Assembly (NCBI GenBank): GCA_040954595.2
Contig: CM082589.2
Coordinates: forward strand, 2,349,498 to 2,413,497
Origin: Balanoglossus misakiensis
Taxonomy: Eukaryota; Animalia; Hemichordata
Length of the DNA stretch: 64,000 nucleotides
Direction: 5' to 3'
This document shows positions 43,786 to 64,000 of this stretch, one piece after another (the first letter of the stretch is position 1; each line of letters opens with the position of its first letter). The position numbers were made by a program, and so were the translations under genes. Under the pieces are notes generated by a model. That model did not search any database. It was not told the DNA's origin and saw nothing but the letters and a program-made list of their open reading frames with translations.

Positions 43786-45334
43786 AAGAATTTACTGGAT
43801 TTTTTTAAGGCAGCAGCGTCTATTGCTTTTCCTGTAACGCGTAGATGAACAAACATCAACACGTAAAACCGACATTGTACCATGATTCTACCTTTGGTAT
43901 TTTAGAACGATACTTAAGACTATTTGTCACGGGGTATATATCCTAATTTTGACTTATATAGGGGTGCTATTCTAAAAATCCTCTATTCCGGTCTTCCCGT
44001 AGTTAGGAAACATGAGGGTTAAAACATAACAACATTTACATATACGAGTTCGTTATGCTGGTGGACCGATGTGAAATTACTATCCTAATGCCCAATGAGT
44101 CTCTTATATAAAATGCATAAATATGAATATTTATGAATTAATTTATAAAATGATATTTTCCTCATGGTTACGAGCGCTGGTATGGAGGACGGCAGACAGA
44201 TGTTTATCACATGTGCAGGTAACTGTCGTGGCGTGCGCACGTTCAAAACAATGGATAAACAGGGTAGTCTTTTACAGCCATCCCTTGCCACGGTAGGCTC
44301 TACAGTAAGAATAATAGGAATGTTGGAATTTCTATAAAATAAATAAATAAATTCATCGTGCATGTAACGAGATTTCATGTTCAGAACACCTATCTATTTT
44401 TCAAAGCATCGGATGGAAATTTTAAAACAGCATGATAATCAAAACTTCGAAGAAATAGTTTCCACCTCTTCCATTTCCCGTATATTCTGTTCCCCAATTG
44501 GTCACTGCAATCATCGTTAGCTTTCGTTTTAATCCACCTTAATCGCTGGTCAAAGTTTCTTAACTTTGAAAACAGTCCACTGTTAAAGTAACGATTTGCG
44601 CATGTCCAGAAGAGAAACTTTTGTGACGTTGTCTGGTTAGTGTCCAGAAAGTTCTGAATACATGAGTTCATTGAAATTAACAAGGTTAATTTGACAACAT
44701 TGTTGTTATTCTTGCAATGTTTACACGAAATACAGGTATTGAGCAGATGGACGGAACTGAAATTGACTGGTTGGCTAGACATTCCTTGGTAGTTTATTTT
44801 AAGCTATAATATAAAAAAATAATATCGTGGCTGAATACTTCACCCACCCGCCCGCCGACTGACTGACTTATCATGTTTTTAACAAACCCGCAAATGAATC
44901 CCTTAAAACGTGCCGTAATGATGCGTGCAGATGTTCATGCATCTATAACTGTCACTCAGCAAAATATTCAAGGTTCCAAATCCTTTATAAGAACTCTCTG
45001 GGCGAGCAGCCTGCAGTCCATCTGAGATCTAGCACCGTGGTGTGGATTGCAGACGGGATAACAGGTAAGAGGGAACTGGGAAGCTTGTTGTTCACATATA
45101 TGCTTTTCTTTAGTGCAGAGAGAGAGATTTCTTCGGACATGTAATCTTTCCGAGCGTACTTGGCCAATTCCATGGGTCTTGTTGTCCATCTTCGGCAGAA
45201 TAAATGCACTTTGCTTGGATCGATGAAAGAACAATTCTACAACACTAGACTTTCGATTACCTTATTTTTTGTCATCATTTATGCCATATTCTTTTGCAGA
45301 TTCTGATCAAACGCGGCATCCAAGAAACTCCATC

Positions 45335-48300
45335 ATGATTCTGCTGTCGGTGTTCATCTTGGCCGTAACGTGTTGTTATGGTAGGCCTTTGATTTTAATA
45401 TTACATTTGCTTCTAATATTGCCAATTTTGCTTTCCTGTGCGATCAAACATACACGCTCCGTTCTTTCATACATCATAACAAGGAAATAATTTAATTTTT
45501 ATTTGTTTGTTTTCTTTTCTAGCCACTTGCGATAAGCCCCATATCCTCTACATAGTTGCAGATGATTTGGGTAAGTGTTCCTCTGGTTATGAACAAAGAC
45601 ATAACAAAGCGTTCAACATAACTGTATTTTGCGTGGGTGAATTTTGTTTTATCTGTACGTTTACTTTCCATGTTTCGTTATTTCAATGATTGGCATTCGC
45701 TCATTGAAGAGCAGTCTCTGGTAATGTTGCATAAAATAATCAAGTGCTTTGAATTGGAGGTCATTTTCTGGCATTTTTTTCTCTTCTTCTTCTAGGATGG
45801 AACGACATGGGGTGGAACGACCCCAAGGTTCTTACACCACACCTCAGTCAATTGGCCGAAAATGGCGTGAAACTGAATAATTTATACGGCATGTCCGCCT
45901 GCAGTCCGTAAGTATGACTTTACCTTCCACTAAACCCGAGATGATAGTGTCTTTACTATTTGCCATTATTTTTTGTGCAATTATCATTGACATCGGGTCG
46001 ACCGTATAATCCCAGGGCAATAACATCGTTATACTGAACAATCTCCAAAATTGATCTCAGCGTGTAAATCGTGAACACTCGATGTACTTATTTTACCCAA
46101 TCTCTGTGTGTGAGAAGGAAATTACACTGACGTCTTACCCTATTCCATTACAGTTCCCGTGCTGCCCTGTTCACAGGGAGATACGCACCCAGCATCGGTT
46201 CTCAGGTAAGACATAGACACGTGACACGACCCCAGTGCTGTTTCAGTTTTCTTAATTATATGGGTGTCACCATGTACACCATCATACACTAACTCAACAG
46301 TGCCGTTCAATTCTTGTCGCAGCATTTTGTACTCTTCGGGAACATCCCCCATGGTGTGCCAACGACAATTCCATATCTACCAGCGCGACTGAAGGAAAAT
46401 GGATACAAAACATATGGTGTTGGAAAGTATGTTGTTATGATGCTTCCTGTGTGTGTTCAGTACTAAGCTTAATTGTTAACCGCGAGTCAAAATCAAAATG
46501 ATTATATTGTGGAAAAAGATACACAACTGAAGAAATAATGTATCAAAAACAAATAAAGAAAGCTTTTTATCTCAGATCTTAAAACTCTCCCCGTCCAGCA
46601 AGACGTTTATGTGGCCCGACTTTTTTATTTTTCTCAGATGGCATCAGGGATTCTGCAACTCTTCCTACGTACCTTCTGGCCCCAACCGTGGATTTGATCA
46701 TTGGTATGGTTTCTACAAAGGCGGTTGTACATACCACGAGCATACAGGATCTGAATGGGGTAAGAAATGCTGATTGTACATCATAAACTTTCGTATGTTC
46801 GTATGAATGTATATACATGTACGTTGTTCATCACCACGAAATCTCACAGCTATGTTTACATTTCAGGGCCAAAGGTAACTCCTGATGTAAAAATGGTCGG
46901 GTACGATTTACATGACGATGGAGCACAAGTTGATGATCCAAGACTAGCCTGCATTTACACCTCAGTAAGATTCTGCGTTTTGTCTCATAAAATTCCTCTT
47001 TAAATAGCAAAGGATACCCGAGCTTTTCGTGCGTTTTTTGGGGGTTCATTATTTGCAAAATGTTCAAGTATAAATACTTGAAATTGCGGAGAAATACCAA
47101 ACGCTTTCTATTTACGATACTAGTATATAACGAAATCTTCACGTGTTCTGTTACAGACCTTATTCCAACGGAAAATGGTTTCAAACATCATCGAACATGA
47201 CCCTGCTGTTCCAATGTTCCAGTTTGCCTCTTTCCAGTTGCCGCATTACCCAAGAGTGGTAGGGAGACATTTTTTTGATCGTTCACCTATTACAGGGCAT
47301 AAATACTAACCGCGTTGTACGAAGCATATCGCTACTTGTGAATTAATAAATCGTGTACATTCAACCACAAACACATCATTTTGTAATAAATTGTAATTCT
47401 GCTTTACAAATCGTTTATTTTTTATTTTCAGGTACCAGAGGAGTATTCCAACAGATATCCAGACATTATTGACCCAAACAGAAAAATATATTATGGTACA
47501 TAGACATTACGTCACCTTTATAATGAAAGTATTCATTCATGTTCTGTCTCTTTCTCTGTCTCTAAGTTCGTCTCGTTGTCTCTCTGTCCGGTTGAATACT
47601 CGTAATGCAGATCCATCATTCTCTCTTGTACACATCAGGACAAGTATCCTATTTGGATGAAATCGTCGGCGACATGGTTGCAGCTCTGAAGGAAAAGGGA
47701 ATGTATGAGGACACCTTGTTCATTTTCCACGCTGATGTAAGTATCAATCTAAAATAGTATTTGATATTGAAACATGGAAAAGAAGATAGAGTTTGGTGAT
47801 TTAAATCCACATTGGTCGGGCAAAAGTATGATTGCATGGTTTTCTTTTAAAATCTACAGAACGGTGGTGATGTTCATTCAGGTGCCTCTAATCATCCATT
47901 CAGAGGCAACAAAGGCACCTTCTTCGACGGAGGAATGAAATTGGTTGGTTTTGTTTCCGGCAAAGGAGTCGAGAAGACGGGCTACACTCATGACGGGTAA
48001 AGTTGCCTTCCAATAGAATTCGCATCTCTCCTGCCTTTGCCATTCAATGGCGTCTTTGATTCATGGCTTCGAGTTTCTGACAAAAGCGTTGTTCTTTTTG
48101 CAGTTTGTTTCATATAACCGACTTCCACCCAACTCTCGTCCAAGGTGTGGTAGGCGGAGAAGTCAGTGGTAAGAATTAAGCTTATATCTCTCAGAATACT
48201 GTCTGCTTAAATTGGTATATGACGGCGGCTTCACATACCTGATCTTCAATTTTGAATCACTGCTCGACGCATTGTTTCTTGTGTATAATCCGGAAGGTTC

Positions 48301-49526
48301 CTTCTTTAATTTCACAGATAACCTGGACGGGATGAACGTGTGGGAGGCGTTCTCCACCGGCGCCGAATCGCCACGCACGGAGTTCCTCATCACCGTGGAC
48401 ACCGACTTTGCCAACCGCCCAATCGACGATTACATGGGCGCAAACATCACTGCAATAAGGTGTGTGTGTCAATAACTCGTGCGCCTCCTGGTTGTAGAAC
48501 TGCCGGAACTAAGCACTAAAGCAGTCAAGATTTTCATTTCATCGGCAACCCATGCTCTCGTTCAACGATGACGTGGTTTCAGCCCCCGAAATATCGATTT
48601 GTGTGTATGATTGCACTTGTCATTTGCGCTAATCGATTTTTGATTTCTTATTTTCTGTAGAGTTGGTGATTGGAAACTCATGATTGGCATTCCAACATTC
48701 TCGTATACACATCAAGACTGTGAGTACTCTCTCTGTGTGTGTCTTGTAATTGATTTTTGGTGATTATCTAATTTGACGGGGTTTCTAGCAGATGCATCTA
48801 CTAAGCTTGGTATTGGCAGTACAAAGCCGAGGTTGTCATTTTTGCGTGAGTTGGGAACAAAGTTATGGTTTCAACGGTACTAAAAGACCACCTGTATTTT
48901 GTCTGCAGTCGGTTGGTATCCCCCACTCAACACAGAACACCCGACAGTGATTGAACCACCAGAGGAAAATACAGACGTATATTTGTTCAACATGAAAGGT
49001 AGGTTTTACTACTTCTCGACTCTAGGTGACAAGGGACGGTGTGTTGGTCCCGACCGATACAGTGGCAATCGTTTTAGCAATGAACGAGGTGAACTTGTGT
49101 ATACGAAACCGTACATATTTATACTAGTATACAGCTTTGTAAACGACAATAAGAGCGATGCAGCCTGAGCAAATGGGCAAATCATCCCCATTGATTTTGT
49201 TTCTAGACAGAAGTGTTATTCAATTATTTTAGGCAGGTGGTATTCTCCATTTGCCACACGTGTTAATTATACAAACCGCACGTGTTATTTGTGGTGAAAT
49301 TGACACCATATGTAAATCAGCTAGACTCTCACAAGATACCTTATCTCATTTTCCAGATGACCCTTACGAAGAACATAATCTTGCCGCTGAAATGCCCGAC
49401 AAAGTGGCCGAGCTCCGCGAAAAACTGAAGCCCTACGAGGCCGAAGCTTGGACATTCTGGGGCGATCCGACCGATGCCGCTGATCCCAAGAACTTCAACA
49501 ACTTCTGGGAAACCGGCTGGTGTTAA
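45335..49526 (+). CDS. Arylsulfatase B/I/J-like secreted or lysosomal sulfatase, ~16 exons
   Basis: The signal peptide is MILLSVFILAVTCCY. It is followed by KPHILYIVADDLGWND, an intact formylglycine motif CSPSRAALFTGRY, GYKTYGVGKWH, RGFD, DNGG, SNHPFRGNKGT, LDGMNVW, AIRVGDWKL and DDPYEEHNLA. Confidence 0.92.
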
Positions 49527-50439
49527 TCACCGATTAGATCTCAAGTACCTATAATTGGATCTGGCGTCGAAAACCGACAATTGTGTAAATGCATGCATGC
49601 TTGTTGTCAATTTGCCTGTTTAGCTGAGTATATGTAGTTGTTATTTAGTACATGACATTGGTTGTTAGTCCCACGGCTTATACCATTTGTACGATATTAG
49701 GGAATAAAATTCCACAACTCTTTAGCACGCACACGGTCTGGTTTCAGGTGTGTTCTTATTTCGTGCAACCATCTTCGTACCCCAAAAAAGTATCTTTATT
49801 TCGCACTAGGGGTAAAATTAATCTCATGGCCGTATCTTTCTCCCCTCTTTCTCCTTGGTACAGCAACATTCCCCTTTCTCATAATTCCCTCTACTGCTCC
49901 GCAAGTGCCTGTACGTCATGCCCTTATTAGCAACCCATACCTGGCATAAACGATGTCATGTAAGGTTTCGTCGCATATTGGCGCTCGTCAAATCCAACCA
50001 CTTTGCAGTACACTTGATGTAACAGCAGCGAAAATCCCTGGTCCCGATATAATCCATCCGACACCGAAACCCTTAGTGAAAAATCGCTAGATCTGGAGAT
50101 GTATTCAAATGACTTAACCATAATAGTATGCTGGATCATTTTATCAAACGTATTAGGCGCATAGGCCTTGTGGACATTCAATACTTTCAAAACACATTTC
50201 GGGGAAAATCTTAAAGTATGCTTACTGCAAAGTGTTGTTACTCAGTAATATCAGGCAGCTAGGTAGACATTCTATTCAGTTTTAATACAGTGAAAACACT
50301 TGCTTGATTTCTAATAACACTTTCTACAGAATAACTAAGTTATTGACAACATGAGTGCCCATTTACCATGTTTACAAGCTGTCAGGATTTGTTAGGGTCG
50401 CCATTGAGCGTGCATGCTGGGAACAGGAAGTTTACTTGA

Positions 50440-50929
50440 TTGAGGGACATGGTAAATTCCGACAGTCAGACGGCCATTTTGAAAATGGGGACGGCGGAAC
50501 TGGGCGATAGGACAACTTAGTTCTGCGCATCGGTAGAGACTTTTCTTCGCGTTGGAGCCTAAACGACGGTTGTGTCGGTGCGTATTTGCTTGCCGTTTGG
50601 CCCGCATATTGGATATTACGTCGGCATTGTACAGGTGTATGTCTGGGCTAGTGGCCCTGGGTGAGTTCTTACCCCCACTCTGATGATTGAGGTGTAACCC
50701 CAACCCCGGAAAGAAACCCCGAAACGTCATCCACGCCGAAGAAAGTTTGTTGCGCTGAACGAAAACACTGACGTCGAGAACTGCACCCGCTTTCAATGTT
50801 GAGGCGTGTGCGAAAGTAGGTGTCTCGGCGGAACACTGACAGTGGATATGTCGACACGTCGCTGAGTTTGCTGTTAAAGTTGTACGACTCTACGAGAGAG
50901 AGAGAGAGAGACTCGATCATCGCTGAAAG

Positions 50930-50930
<1 letters not shown>
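50440..50930 (+). promoter_or_regulatory. GC/CpG-richer promoter and 5' UTR of ROCK
   Basis: CpG-rich stretch upstream of the ATG at 50930, with a YY1-like CGGCCATTTTG (~50471) and an (AG)n run at ~50894-50911. Confidence 0.45.
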
Positions 50931-63886
<12,956 letters not shown>

Positions 63887-63939
63887 TGAGTAGACAATTT
63901 TATATATAATATAGAGATATAGATACGTACGTACATATA

Positions 63940-64000
63940 AATACATACATACATACATACATACATACATACATACATACATACATACATACATACATAC
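63940..64000. repeat. (TACA)n microsatellite running off the window end
   Basis: Directly visible. Confidence 0.97.

Overview
Intron-rich eukaryotic DNA, most likely from a marine invertebrate; a deuterostome such as a hemichordate, echinoderm or amphioxus is my guess, not proven. Reading splice sites by hand gives nine multi-exon genes: CFAP95 (-), a syntaxin-7/12 (+), a secreted beta-propeller + 2x SUEL lectin (-), two divergently oriented paralogous multidomain genes, an LRAT/PLAAT-like gene (+), a sigma-class GST (-), an ARSB-like sulfatase (+) and the 5' part of ROCK (+). There is also a decayed retroelement-like ORF and several microsatellites. The main finding is the paralog pair at 12179-28132 (-) and 34529-42815 (+). 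Each encodes a secreted protein joining an ADAM/ADAMTS-type pro + M12B domain, C-type lectin/EGF repeats and a C-terminal GH9 cellulase domain. All three M12B domains have lost the HExxHxxGxxH zinc motif and both GH9 domains carry DAGN instead of DAGD. These altered residues are identical between paralogs despite synonymous divergence, which suggests a maintained non-canonical glycan-binding or glycan-processing function rather than decay. Exon coordinates are manual and approximate.
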